A DNA stretch of 64,000 bases from Ruditapes philippinarum. Taxonomy: Eukaryota. A program made the translations under genes and the position numbers. The notes beneath the pieces are model-generated. The model made no database searches and was not told the origin of the DNA. It saw nothing but the letters and a program-made list of their open reading frames with translations. The stretch spans positions 1 through 64,000 of the forward strand of contig NW_026865125.1 in assembly GCF_026571515.1 (NCBI RefSeq). The letters are read 5' to 3'. Shown one piece after another: positions 1 through 13,652 of the stretch (its first letter is position 1; each line of letters opens with the position of its first letter).

Positions 1-15
1 CAGTATAAGTTATAG

Positions 16-2229
16 TGCCCCGACTGCCAACTGAAACCCTTTATCAACTTGCCCCGCCATTTTGCTGGAGTGTAACCAAAGTAGGGGTCTATGCTGCAGT
101 AAGGACGCTGGCGTTCATGTTTATTGGACTAACGTCTGTGAAGTTGTTTCAACTGTTTCTGGACGAGATCTGGATATGCCTGATAGGCACCGCCTCTTAT
201 ACTGCCGCCTTTCTCTGGACAGCGTTTGTCGCGGATGATACAACATATTATTGTAGTAAGCAAACTCTTTATTAGATATATACGAAAGCATGGAAATATC
301 GATATCAATTTCTAATCAAATCTGATTTAACAGAGGAAACTATTATACATTTTGAAACATGCTAGCAAAGCAATCAACTTATTAGAAAATTTATTTTAGA
401 TTTTTGTCTTCAACTTTCAACTGGTTACAACACGTCAGTTGATAGACGATTATGTGCATGTATAAGTTATCATACATGTAGAATATAGATTATTGTTATT
501 GACTTGATTGTACATATAGAAAGTACATTGACATTATACTTTATCTAATCAGACAATGACTTACAGTTGTCAATATTACAGTTAGGGTGTAGACCGCTAA
601 ATATTTTTCTCTGTCACACCATTCATTTTATATTAGTTTTAATAAAAAATTATACACATTTTAGTGATATATCTACATTTACGCAAAGAGCAAAGAACAT
701 TTCTTTTAAGTTTGTGGTTATTAATGAATTAGAAATAGAAAATAAAGTGGTGAACATCAAGGTGTCCTAAATATATCCAAACTATAAACACTAATAATTA
801 CGTACGAAACCATGTTGTTATTGAGAAAGATTTATGAAAACTTTATTTATACTTTCAGTTATAGCTGTTGGTTGTTTTGGACCACTTTCTGTAACAATGC
901 ATCGAAGTATCCTTTCACATTTAACACCACCTGAAAAACAAGGTATTTACTGTTATAAGCAAATCATTATCTGACTTTAAAATATCAAAGTCACAATTTA
1001 TGAAAGGAACTCCACTGAGGTCCAATAGTATAAAAACATAAAATTTTAATTCATTTACATAGATCAGCTGGAGCACTAAGACAGAAAGATTTGCAAAATA
1101 TAATAAAGAAATATGCTCCGATTAAATAGAAATTTATGTATTTGTGCTATTCTTATCCCGATTTGATTTTTGGTCATTTTACACAATACGAATACTTATT
1201 CTGGAAAAAAAAACGGAATGAAGGAACGATCTGAAATTTTGCACACAAGTTATTGGTCTGGACTTGCATCAACTGGAGCATTAATCTTAAAAAAATATTT
1301 CCAGTACCGTGATGTCAAACGAACCTAAGTGGAGTCCGTTTAACTTACCTCCTGGAAAAAAACAACATGCCAGATATGTAACCTATTGCTATTGACTGTG
1401 CACAATATTGATTATCTCCCCTTGAATTTCCAACGAATTCTTGTAGTAAAGATAAATGTCTGTTTATAGATATCATAAATGAATGTAACCTTTATGCACT
1501 TTTAACGATTAAATAGTGATGCGACTTTACTTCTAGGGTATATATTCCAGCAATAACATGGAAGTAAAAGTATAAAACAGACTTATATAGATCCTTGAAA
1601 AAAAGTATTTAAGATGTAAAATTTAATGTATTTTATGTGACAGGAGCCATATTCAGCGCTGTTGGAACATTAGAAGTTGTATCTCATCTTTTGTCTAACA
1701 TCATCACTAGTTCTGTCTACGCCGAGACTGTGTCCTACATGCGGGGACTCGTGTTCCTCGTGCTGGGAGGATTCGATGCCGTCTGCGTTATTCTAACACT
1801 GTAAGTAACACAAAATGTATTGATACTGTCAGATAAAAAACCCAAAATGTCGCATTACACCATAAATTACAACAGCCAGTGACTTAAAAACGCAAAGTTG
1901 TACATTTGAAAATTTACAATAAATAATACCGTAATGATGATGACGATGATGACGATGATGATGGTGATAATGATGATGATGATGATGATGACACTGCTGC
2001 TTCATGCAATAATTGTTATTACAATAATAATAAAGATAACATTTAAAATGTATTAATTAATTCTTAATCCTTTAGATTTTCCTTATCCGTAACTTTTCAA
2101 ATAAACTTGTCTTGTTACAGTGTTCTGAAGATAGGATGGCAAATAGAGAAAAAGACAAACGGAAATCAAATAACTTCACGTACAGAAATTATTGTTTCAG
2201 TACCGGAGTCCGACGACCAGAAAGTATAG
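16..2229 (+). CDS. SLC46-family (PCFT/SLC46A3-like) MFS transporter, 3' part; exons ~16-255, 859-942, 1644-1800, 2121-2229
   Basis: GT-AG introns with consistent phases (1,1,2). Translation ETLYQLAPPFCWSVTKVGVY...MHRSILSHLTPPEKQ|GAIFSAVGTLEVVS...VYAETVSYMRGLVFL...SDDQKV* carries the SLC46 motifs LYxxxxPxCW and RSxxSxxxxxxxQGAxF. AATAAA at 2485 and 2500. The 5' part lies outside the window and the frame at 1-21 is ambiguous. Confidence 0.85.
1933..1991. repeat. (GAT)n imperfect microsatellite, intronic
   Basis: atgatgatgacgatgatgacgatgatgatggtgataatgatgatgat... Confidence 0.9.
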
Positions 2230-3817
2230 TGTACATGACATTCTGTGTATATCATTCATCATTTGATCTCTTACAGTGACATGTATATTTTTTTTAATAT
2301 CTCCATGATTTATATTGCAAAACAATGCCACTTTCAGAACCTTTACAAACATTTATCTAACGGCTATGTTAGATATCTAACAGCCCGATACTTTCTGTGA
2401 TATTTATATTTCTTCTACCGTGACAATAATTTGTCTTTGAAAAGAAAAATAACTTTGATACAGTAGCTTTCTTTTCTGTTTTACAATAAAAGATTTTGGA
2501 ATAAAGTTTGTACATCTTTATCAAATATACATCTATGTTAATGTTTTTGCATTTTTTGTTTGAATCAAATTTCTGAATTACGTATATTTCAAGTAAATGA
2601 TTTAACTGATTTCACAATTATATGATAGGAAGCTATATTTATGGTAAATATAAATTTCTCGATTGGCTACGGTTGACATCACCCAAATGCAGAACATGGC
2701 CGTTTTGTTACAACGTTGTTTTGTTACAGAAATGTCTTTCCTATGTGAGAATTCCATCAACAGATATATTGGTATAGATAAAATATTTTAATATAATTTA
2801 TATATTGTATACAAAGTACGAAAGAAAAAAAAACACCCGAAAAAAACAAACAACAACAACAATTAATAAAACAACAACAACAGCAGCAATACGCTGATAA
2901 ATATGATAGATAACTCATTCTACAGACCGTTTACTCTTTGCTAATCAGTCATTATCATTTAGGTCCGGGACGTAAAATGTTCGTAAGTCCCATTATAGAT
3001 GTAAAACGTGTTTGACACATTTCGCAAAGTCGCTCCCTTATCTGTAAACTACAAACATTTAAGCCAAAACTTTATTTCATTTTGATTTTGCAATAGATAT
3101 TCATATACTAATTCTTATATTTATAATTTACCTGATACTGCGCAGTGTCAGTCGATTAAAGATCTCTATATATAATATATAAATACAGAGTCCCTAAAGA
3201 AAGCCCAACACAGCAAAATCAGTTTACCTTATCAGTAAATGAAGCAGCTTGTCTGATTATATCACGCTATATTGTCGCGAATCTCTGTACATATCACACC
3301 ATGTGTCAGGAATCAATATCTTTTAAAGCCAACATCGAATAACATGATTTAGTCTAACATTCGCGCGAAAAGAGGAAATGAATTTGAAACATCTAAAGTT
3401 TCAATTCTTTGAGAGAAATAAAACCAGAACATTTAAAGTTGTATACTTGACGTAATAATTCGGGGAACTGAGTTCAGTATCAACAATCCGTCCTAACATT
3501 AAAATAACATGATGAATCATTGTAACTTTGCATCATTTAGATAGCCTTATATAACTAGTTGTCTCTTGGAACTGGAGGTATATTAACAGAGATGAACTAA
3601 AATCAATGTCATGTTGCGTGATATGGTAACACTTATCTTCTTCTAGGTTTGTCTGCCAATACCGTAAAAGAATTAATCAATCATTGTGTCTTACAATTGT
3701 ATATGAACATTGATACATCTACGTCGGCAAGTAAACTGTTTTCAAAATGAAATGACCAACATTTTCGCTTTTAAACATACATGTTGATGTGGTATTTAAC
3801 AGTCTTTTCTATAAATG

Positions 3818-4078
3818 TGTAATAGAAAGAGCATCATCGAAACACGATGTTATTTGATTTGTACGAGGGGGGGGGGGGGGCGTAGCCCACAAGTATTAAC
3901 CAGGTTGTCGAGTGTTTTGATGTTCTTTCTCTTTTGAATCATAGTCAAACATAAAAACACGTTCCCTGTTGTCACAATATGAAAGCCCAGAAAAAAGTAA
4001 CAAATGAACGAGCATCTGGTCGCTTTCCCTTTCTGTGTCGTCACAATAAGTAAATCCCAGCAAAAATGAGCCAATCAA
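3818..4078. repeat. Interspersed repeat, likely end of a non-autonomous DNA transposon; inverted copy at ~57575-57753
   Basis: tgtaatagaaagagcatc...atttgtacg...gtattaaccaggttgtcga matches the reverse complement of 57660-57753. Confidence 0.6.
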
Positions 4079-4614
4079 TGGGCATGCTTATACTTCCATT
4101 GTTTAATCTACAAAGAAAAATGCCCCATACAATAGATTATGTACCTGATATCTTCAATTTACCGTATTCATGGGGACCAATTTATATTTTTCACCGAAAT
4201 GTGCATTGTTTAGAAGATATGTTGGTTTCCGGTTAAACATATCCTTGCTAAACTCCCATATGAGGATGGTATTTTCAAGAAATTGAACGATCAGTTTTAT
4301 TATTTTGAATTATGTTTGTTATGAACTGTAATTAAAAAAAATCGAAATGCTATCCGACCCTTCTATAGTCCCTCGATAGTTACCAATCCATTTACAGTCG
4401 TTTTTTTTTAGAAATATGTTATACAAAAATATAAAATCTTTATTATTTCAATATATTATAATAAAGTGTTTAAATTACAGATCTGAATTAAGGCAACCTA
4501 ACTAGGTTATCTGATCCATATAAAGAACCGCTCAGCAGATTAGATGACCTCTTACACTCTATAACTTGGCTTACATGCAATACATTTGTTTTTATTGTAG
4601 TGAAGATATTCATT

Positions 4615-6215
4615 ATGTTTCAGAAGTTAATATTATGTTTTATAGTCCTGCTAATTGGTAAGGCAGCTTCTAGTGATGAAACAGTGACTTTAGGCAGAGG
4701 AGATTCAGGAAAACTGCTACATCGAATGGAAACGTTAGAAAATTTAGTCCGTAGCCAACAAGAAAAAATAGAGCAACTTGAAAGCGCTATTGAGAAACAG
4801 AAAAATATCGGTGTTGTTCATGGTGAAACACTTATAAAACTAAATAGCCAGTGCGTCACTGCGTCAGACATGGAAAATTACACACGTAGAGGTACTTAAT
4901 CATTTTCTATATTTTCTTTATAAAGAGTGGTTGCACTGATGAGGACATTGTGAAAATCAAACTTTGTAACAGAAGAGAAGATTTAGCGGTAATGAAGTTT
5001 TCGGCTCACACCCTACCTTATAAGCCACGTTTTTCACAAACCTATAAAATTAGACACGTAAGTCCAGTTTTAGATAGTTCAAAATCATTCTTCTTATTTG
5101 TTTTATCATTGTAATTATCATTTTATCAAAGCATACAATATTATAGCATACATTATTCAGTTATCCGATCGTAAGTGTCAGATTGGTACCCAGTGATATT
5201 AATTAGATGTTTACGAAGAAAATTTTATTTTATTTATTAGGACCTTCCGAACTAATGGGCAAACTGATTTGAATTACATTTGGTAAAATCTCACCATTTA
5301 CAACCGTTGGTATTCGAGTATACACATTTTTATACACATTTTTATACATTTTTAAAACACATTTTAAGAAATCAAAATGAAAATCATTCCTGCCAGGCTT
5401 TTAAATGAGATATATTACCAAACAGAAGTGGTGTATGCTTTCTTCTTTATTTGATAGTTAGAAGACAATCGTATGACACAGTAGCGTTTTCGGCAACATT
5501 AAATAAACTTAATGTAGGACATATTGGCGTTCATCAAAACATCGTCTTCTCTGACGTCATCACGAACATTGGCAATGGTTATAACAATCACCATGGTGTC
5601 TTCGTGGCACCAGTCAGTGGACTTTACATGTTTTCTACTACACTATTATCCGGGAAAAATGTAGAATTTGCTGCATCTATCGAAATTAATGGATCTGACG
5701 TAGTGAGGATGTATGAAAGAGGAACTGACAATAGGCATGGGTCCGCTACACAAATAGTCATTGTTCATCTGAGTAAAGGTTAGTCGTATTCCGTTAGTCG
5801 TATAAGGAAAGTGTTTACAACTTTTTTGTATTTGTTTGACCTAGAAAATAATTTGGTCTTTTCCATGGCAATATAAATCATACATTTTCGATTAGATAAT
5901 TTTCATACAAAATATACATGTACATGAAACATTTACATATTACCTGATATACCGACTTGATTATCGGAGTTGTTAATTCTGTTTACTTCAATTTATAAAT
6001 AACTGTTAATTCAAAAGGACATCATTCCAGTTTGATGATGGTCAATTTGAAATGTGATTTAATTACTAAGATACTGACAATGTCATTATAATACAGGTGA
6101 TGATGTATCTGTACAGAGTTTGTCAGCTGACCACACGTATTGGGGTGACAAGTATTGTAGTTTCTCCGGTGTCCTCCTGCAACAACTAGAATCACCATCT
6201 CAAATTGTTGGTTGA
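4615..6215 (+). CDS. Secreted C1q-domain-containing protein (signal peptide + coiled coil + gC1q); exons 4615-4891, 5458-5778, 6097-6215
   Basis: Signal peptide MFQKLILCFIVLLIGKAAS, heptad-rich RMETLENLVRSQQEKIEQLE, and gC1q motifs VAFSATL, IVFSDVITNIGNGYNNHHGVFVAPVSGLYMF, HLSKG|DDVSV, YCSFSGVLL; ends IVG*. Two phase-1 GT-AG introns. AATAAA at 6240; TATA-like CATATAAAG at 4517. Confidence 0.93.
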
Positions 6216-6404
6216 AAACATTGTCATTATTCCAAATGAAATAAAATTATGAACATAATTATTCAGCTTACATTGTTTTTATGAATAATTGTAGAAAACA
6301 AATGACTCAAGTTTTCGTTGAAAACATGTTTTATTTGTGAATTCTTCAAAACATAGACCTGTTACACTTGTTTAAAGAATACAAAGCGATGCAGAATTAA
6401 GATT

Positions 6405-6840
6405 ATTAACTGAGAGTATGTAGCAGTCCAGAGTTTATCAACTGAGAATATATCACAGTCCACTGTTAAGTTTATCAACTGAGGATGTTTAACAGTCCAG
6501 TGTTATGTTTATAAACAGAGAATAAATAACAGTCAAGTGCTTTGTTTATCAACTAAAAAATATATAACAGTCAAATATTATGTTTATAGACTGAGGATAT
6601 TACAGTTAAGAGTTAAGTTTATTAACTGAGGGAGTTTAACAGTCCAGTGTTATGTTTATCAACTAAGAATATATCATGTTTATCAACTTAGGATATTACA
6701 GTTAAGAGTTAAATTTATCAACTCAGAACATATAACATTCCATGTCTTGTTTCTCAACTGATAATATAGCAGGCCGGTGTTATGATTATCAGCAAAGAAT
6801 ATAATATATAGTAGGCAAGTGACAGAGAATATATCATAGT
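6405..6840. repeat. ~35-bp minisatellite, about 12 degenerate copies
   Basis: Recurring gtttatcaactgagaatatataacagtccagtgtta unit. Confidence 0.85.
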
Positions 6841-6899
6841 TTATTTTAGTGTCACGTGAACTCATGGTGGCAACTAAATAGGTTTGAATAACTTGAGTC

Positions 6900-7045
6900 T
6901 ATGTATCTGTTAGCTCCAGCATGTGAGGTTGTTTTGATTCCTGGTGATGCTTTGAAGTTTGAAACACCAGAGGTTAGCCAAAATCATATTTCCTGTGTCG
7001 TTGCCATATGACCGATACGGTGTCGCCAAACAAACAAACAATAAA
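6900..7045 (+). mobile_element. SINE 3' remnant with (AAAC)n tail
   Basis: ccatatgaccgatacggtgtcgcc followed by aaacaaacaaacaa; same 3' motif (ccatatgac) as the SINE at 50285-50501. Confidence 0.55.
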
Positions 7046-7588
7046 AAAAAAAAAAAACACAACGAAACAAGCGTTTATCGGTTGAGAATTTGAGCAGACT
7101 ATAGTGGTATATCATTGACCAAGATACTATCACAAAAAAGTGAACTGTTCGTCAAATTTTGGCGATTAAGTTATAAATGTTTAAGTAATATGGCGTTTTG
7201 CGTTATATTTCGTGTTTATCAAGTAAGTAAAGTTTCGAATCTCTTGCGGCTCAGTGTTTTAACTGAAGAGTCCTATCCGTAATTTAAAAGTTGCTTAGTG
7301 GAAAATGATGTGGCAATTTATTACACAATACACCGAAATGGCATCACAAAGTAGGCATCTGTGTTTTCTCTTAACTGTTTCAATGAATATACATGAATAT
7401 AGGAACAAAAAAACAGGTAAAAAAATGTCCTCTTTGATACTGTGTATCATAACGTTTGTTTTTATTTGGAAATTTTTTATATTCCACTATTCCGCCCTAC
7501 AATCACGACAATCTAGTTCTATAATGGGTCTATGTAATTATAACATTAAAATTTCACAAATATTCACAGTTCTAACTAGTAGTTAACA

Positions 7589-10125
7589 TCACAAATACTT
7601 TTCTTTAGTTACTGTAACATAATTGTGTCCTTCCTCCATTTTACAATCAAAGTCAATAGCTGTAAGTTTCTGGCCCCAGTGCGCGTGGTCAGTCTCACCA
7701 ACTTTATACATCTTGCATTGTAAACTAAACTTCATGTACACACCATTCTCTAGCTGAAATAAACATTCATAAGGTCATCTCATATACTCAGAAGGAACAT
7801 TTTGTACGTGTATTTTATTGTATGTGTTCATGTAAAATAGCGGAACTTTAATCGTTCAATTTGGTTAACGCGTTTTAAGTCTTAATCAAGAAATTTAGAT
7901 ATAAGAGGATCTAAAACCCATACAAATGAAATGAAAAAGTGTAATTTTGAAAAAAAGAAAGTAAAGTTTTGACTGAAGTTATACATTTTACGTCTTGAAG
8001 TTTTTTTTTATTAAAATGACATAATAAATTGTCGAAGTCTCCTTTTGTATCTTTTTTTAGTTTTCCTCGAAAAAGCAGAATATATATTTGAAAATTGAAA
8101 CGACTAAGTATACAAATGTTTAAGCTGTGAACAAGAGCAAAGAAACGTTCCTTTTATAAATATATCCTGCCATTCTTCTTGCATTATTGATTGTATAATA
8201 ACATTATTTATTATAACAATATAACAGCAAGCTTCCTCTTAGGAAATTGTGTGATCTATAAATCAATGCCATTTAGCAACGGCAAGATATTGTTTATCAG
8301 AATAATTTTCGGAGCCAAAGTTCTGGGAGATCTATGATAGACATTGATTCTCACACAAATACCACGAAGCCTTATCAGGTTATATTTCTAAACATATTTT
8401 TGTTTAAAATAATACATAATTTCTCATAACAAGCTCTTGTAGATGAAACAGAAAACAACCAGTATATCATCAGTTATATTTGAGATTATAGATTCAGATG
8501 CATCGCCTAATTCCGTCCCTTCATATTTGTATTTGGATAAGTATGAATATAAGTTTTACAATGTCTACAGTATTAAACTATCTTGCATTATATGTATGCA
8601 GTTGAGTAAAGTAGTACATTTTCTTATTGTAGTTTATGTTCATCTAGGTTCATTTGAGATATAATGTAAGCCAATTAATTGAAAGTGTCTGTAAAATTAA
8701 TGTTTATAACAAACAAAATTATACCTCTAATACAAAAAGTAGTTCCTTCCGCTGTCCTCTTTTACTGACATCATATCCGGAAGTTTCGTATTGTGTCTTG
8801 TAATTCCGTAATTCGTCGCTCTCATTCTTTATTTCTTTACACACTTCAAGTTTGTGCAGTTCTCCGTTTATCATTAGTTTACTGCAAACGAACAAGTTAA
8901 CGGTCAGTCTCAATATAAATATATGTATCTGGCAGGATATGATTTCCCCGAGTGAAGCAAAGGATTTAAAAGAAAACTGCTTTAACGCAACTCTACAAAT
9001 AATATACATGTATAATGTGTATTTTTCTGTTGCCTTTTATATTTACTGCGGTTTGGAAGAAAACGTAATTTTTTACATCGGCTTCTATAACAAATACGAA
9101 GTTGCCGACCTGACAACGAATCCGATAATCAACATCGCTGAACAAAGTAGTTTCTCAATTTAAAAAAGGAAAGAAACAAAGTGAACAAATATATTCGATT
9201 GAGAAAATTGTTCATCTTAACATTGATATGAGCCACAAACATAGTAATATTCATCGTTTAAATGGTCGAATATTCCAAACTAATGATAAAACAACGTAGT
9301 GCACAAATCATTAAGGTACATTCACGTATGGCAGCAATATGACTAACATCTCAGAAGCAAACCCTAATGTCACAAAGACTTTGTTATATTAAATAGAATT
9401 TTAAATCAGTTGTTGACAGTAATGCTTTCTAATCGTTATTAATAATTGATCTTCCTCCAAGCAGTCGACATTTGTCTCAATATAGACATCTCTCAAATAG
9501 ACACTACAAAATCAATGTAAGTGATGTGCTGTGACAGTTCCAGGAGAGATTCTAAAAGATTGCTACTATACTTGGAAACTCGTATTTATCTTTGATGTAC
9601 AGCGAAATTGATCTTTTATGTTGAAAAACATCTTAAGCTAGATAATAAAGTTCTTTTGGTCCAGTCTGCGTTATTTTATGTTAGTATAATAAAACAAATT
9701 CATGTGGCATTTGATCTTGCAATAAAGGTAACGGTTTGACATTGAATTAGTTTTGTATACAATTGTATTTAAAGTTCTTGAATCATTCCTGTAACCAATT
9801 TTTATAAGTTCTATCTTTTTATGATTAAAGTACTGAAATGAAGCTAAAAGTTATCGTAAATTCTTTAAAACAAATGAATATAAATAAATTAACATCCATC
9901 CATGTACCTGTATATTCACACATACGAACATATGCACATACACACGATATCTACTTACTCTACGTATATTGCAGGCTTTAGAGAGAACTTGAGGTCATAT
10001 TCTGTATCCGTGTTTAATTTCACTGTATGCGTCTGATCAAACCTTTCGCCATCTTGTTTGAAACAGACGACATCACCGGCAGCACGTGCACTCATTCGAA
10101 ATGTTAATTTAAAGTCAGTTGCCAT
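7589..10125 (-). CDS. CNRIP1: CB1 cannabinoid receptor-interacting protein 1 paralog A (162 aa); exons 10125-9959, 8881-8725, 7753-7589
   Basis: MATDFKLTFR...FKQDGERFDQTHTVKLNTDTEY...YETSGYDVSKRGQRK...LQCKMYKVGETDHAHWGQKLTAIDFDCK...KEKYL*. Matches CRIP1a motifs (KxDGxRFxQxxTxKL; QxKxY..H..WG..I..eCK). Exons are 167/157/165 nt with canonical splice sites. Confidence 0.95.
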
Positions 10126-12807
10126 CAAATATGTAAATGAAATAAAGCCTCTTCTAGATGTATAATTTACCGATACACTAAGGTAATATTGAACACTGTT
10201 CAACTGTTGTATGTCCACAAATGAATGACGGTATTTTAGATTAAGATTCAGCTCTGTTACTATCAGAGCTAATTATGTACATGAATACATCACACTGTCT
10301 GTGATTGAACATGTCACAATGGTCATTGAGTTGATTAATTCACATGTAAACTATGTAACTATTATATCATAATCCGAAATTTAAACATCTCAATTTATTA
10401 ATTACCATCACAACTTAACCTTTCAATGTAAATGAATTTTAAAATAATCAATACATTTGTCACTTGAACAATATTATATTTGTTCTCTTTATGCTGTATG
10501 GCTATGAATGGTGCCATGGAGAAATTCCAATACAACCCCCTTATGCAGACATGCTCCCTAACGATTTATTGGAAATCTTGCTCCAGTATAAAGGATATAC
10601 CCAATAAATATAGCTGATCCTCAGTGACTTTTATGTTTTACGTTAACTAGTCTTTTTCTATCAGCTTTTTATCTTGGCAAACTTCTAGATCATCAATATT
10701 ACGATAGGACGTTGACTTTTTTATATTTACAGTAAAGATATTGAGATTGATAGCATAAGTGCATGGTATGTTTATGTTTAATGAATTCATAGGCATTGTC
10801 GTCACATCATGTCGCCAATAACAATAATTGCACTGTAAATACATTAGATACAGGTAAAATGTGGATGACGCCACAATATGGAACGTCAAACATTAAAAAA
10901 AACAACAACAATGACATCTAGAGATATAAAACAGGCTTCACAGCTTTAAGCAAAGGAAATGAAATATGGAAACTTCTATGAAGTTTGCATCAGTACAGTC
11001 AAATAAAATGACCTATGTCATATTTTCTTGACAATTTGTCAGTTATGACTGTACATTATTTATAGAAAGATGTACTGGGCGGGTCACAAAATGTACAGTA
11101 GTTCTGTAAAGTAGAGCCTAATGGAACTATTTGCAAATGCGTATGGTTACTCGGTTACCTTGATAACGACAACCCAGTAAACGGCATGATCTGTAAAAAA
11201 TGGTCATTAATTATGATCAAGCGACCTGACAATCGCCTGACTAAATTCAGATTGCAATCTACATGTATTTAATTTTCTTAAACATTGATTAGTATAGTTA
11301 TAGTTATAGTTGATTAGTATAAAGTTATCCATGAATCTTTGTTCTTTATATGGTTATTTACAGTACCATGGTTATAATAATTCTGACCTTAGACAAATAG
11401 TAAATGATGTCCACGATATCTATATCTAGTATAAATGTAGCGAGGTTCAAAACGAATATATTAAAGCACTCAAAATAGATGATTAAATGACTGCTATATT
11501 TGTAGCATATGTACACATATAAACAAAAATTACCTTGAAAATAAAGAAAAAACAACAACAATACGTAACAGCAGCTGAATGAAGTAAAAAACAAAAATAA
11601 TTGTATACTTTTCGTGTTTTTTTAATAAAAATTGGCGTATATTTATAGCTAAAATAACCATGCTGACAGAGCCCTATAACAAGATGGTGTGTTAAATAAG
11701 GTATGAATATATTAAATAACTAAGAAGGCATTATATTAAAACCGCTATATACAACGTAGGGAACGTGTTACAGTATCGCGTTTTTCGGTTACAGTATAGA
11801 ATTTTCAAGATGGAGGATTATTTATGGGAAGAGAGGTAGGTGATTTTTATTCAGGACCATACTACTAGTAGTTTAGTTTTTAAAAGATGTTTTTGTGCTT
11901 TGCTTGTAAGGAACAGAATCCGGTATCTAGTCATATATTTCTTCAGACCCTGCACCGCAGATTTATCGCTATATTGTCTCATAAATTTGCAGATTTGACA
12001 GTTTGAAAATTTGAATCGAGAGACCAACGCATTTTTCTGCAATTTCGACATTATTTATGCATGCCTAGAAAAAGTAAATCTGCAAAACGTTAGTCCTTTA
12101 TGTTAGGAAACGTTTATAAAAGTAAATGACCAGTTGAACCCATTTTTCTGTTGGTAAAATGCGTTTGAAAAAATAAACAATGTTACAGTATAGAGCGAGG
12201 TAATTTGTGCAGGGTTACAGCATAGACCTAGCGATTTGTATCCGATTTCGTTACAGTTTATACCCAGATTTCGGTTACAGTTTAGACTAGATATTTTCTA
12301 TATAATTATACATGTACTAGGTAAAATGTATGAATGTTACATAGACTTTTAAATCTCTGTGAGCTTATATATTGGCACGATGGCTATTCGTCCGTCTGTT
12401 GTACGCATGTGTGTGTATAATCTCATCCGCTCAGTATAACTACTTGACTAAATGTGATGAAATTTACATTACTTTCTACCAATTAAGTTGTTCAAATGGT
12501 TTCGGTTGCAATCGGGGATACGAAAACCCAAAACATAGATTTTGAAAAAGGCAATATTTAAAGACCCTTCTCATCTCGAACCAAAAGCATTCAAATCAAA
12601 TCATGATCATGGCGTCATTTCGAATGCTTCTTTGTTGAAGTTACGATTATTTTGTCATTATTAAATTAAAAGTCGTTTTTTTTTTATTTCAGACATCCTG
12701 TATAGCAGTTTTCATGTTTCTAAAAAATAAAAATAATATTGAAAGTTATAGAGTATAAATTAAGGTCAGACAATTACAATATCTTCTCTAGTGATGGAGG
12801 TACATAA

Positions 12808-13045
12808 TAGTGGCAGAGTCGGGATAAGGCCGTCTTTCATTTACTGCTGTAGTTGACATCCAATCATGACTTTGGATTCTTTGTATGTGAGGAATCTATC
12901 AAGCTAATTTACGGAAGGTCGGTGGTTCTAGTCAGGCTAGAATGTCTGAAATGTTTCACAAAGGGTATCTGGGGTCTTTCTTTACACTAAAGCAGGAATG
13001 TTTTCACATGACCTCAGTGTCGTTGAAACTTTAAATCCAAGAAAG
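12808..13045 (+). mobile_element. Degenerate tRNA-derived SINE (bivalve Meta-domain type), nested in the family-1 element
   Basis: A-box-like gtggcagagtcgg; central atgtgaggaatctatcaagct..tacggaaggtcggtggttcta; 3' catgacc..gtgtcg. Confidence 0.65.
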
Positions 13046-13051
13046 CCAAAC

Positions 13052-13652
13052 GTAACAAAATAGAGTTAAACAGAATCCCTAAAGAAATTCGAAGACAACA
13101 AAATTGAAAATGTTCATAAACCCTTTTAAATACTTACAAAATACATTATGGTAGATGGAAATTCCAACTTAAAATAGAATTTAAGGTTGCAGTATTGCTC
13201 ACTTAAATACTGTTTTTAATCATTCTTAGGGTATTGCCTGATTGTTAATTGTGTCTTTTGACAGCTTATCTATGGTATGCAGGCTTCATAACCGCCGATC
13301 CCCTCTCAAAATTTCATTTTGTTTAGTTTCACTCATTGTATTCTCGTTTATGGCACACGCAATTTTTAACCTGGCGGGTAATATGCCGCTTTTCATAGAA
13401 TGGCAATAACGTGTCACATTGAAGGTTTCATGATAACCGCCATATGAACACATCCACAGATGTTAAAAAATCTGAAGTGTACCAGTTCATGTTTAATGTG
13501 AATTCTGCTGAAGCCGGTGCTAGGAGGCGTGAACGGTAGCTTGCAGTTACCACTACCGTCCATGAACAGGTTTAGTCAAACTGAGCCTGCAACATTTTCA
13601 TGTTTACCGTGTTGGACTTCTGTTAAGGATTCTTTTTTCTCTATTTTATTAC
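13052..13652. mobile_element. MITE (~600 bp, termini gtaayaaaatagag); family members at 24995-25435, 25660-25955 and 3180-3225
   Basis: Left end aaaatagagttaaacagaatccctaaag and right end aaggattcttttttctctattttattac are inverted. 13250-13645 is the reverse complement of 25000-25430. Confidence 0.75.

Noticed and set aside
4930-4965. Hammerhead-like CTGATGA...GAAA in a C1qDC intron
   Set aside because: Stem II cannot form and no matching stems I/III with a cleavage triplet were found.
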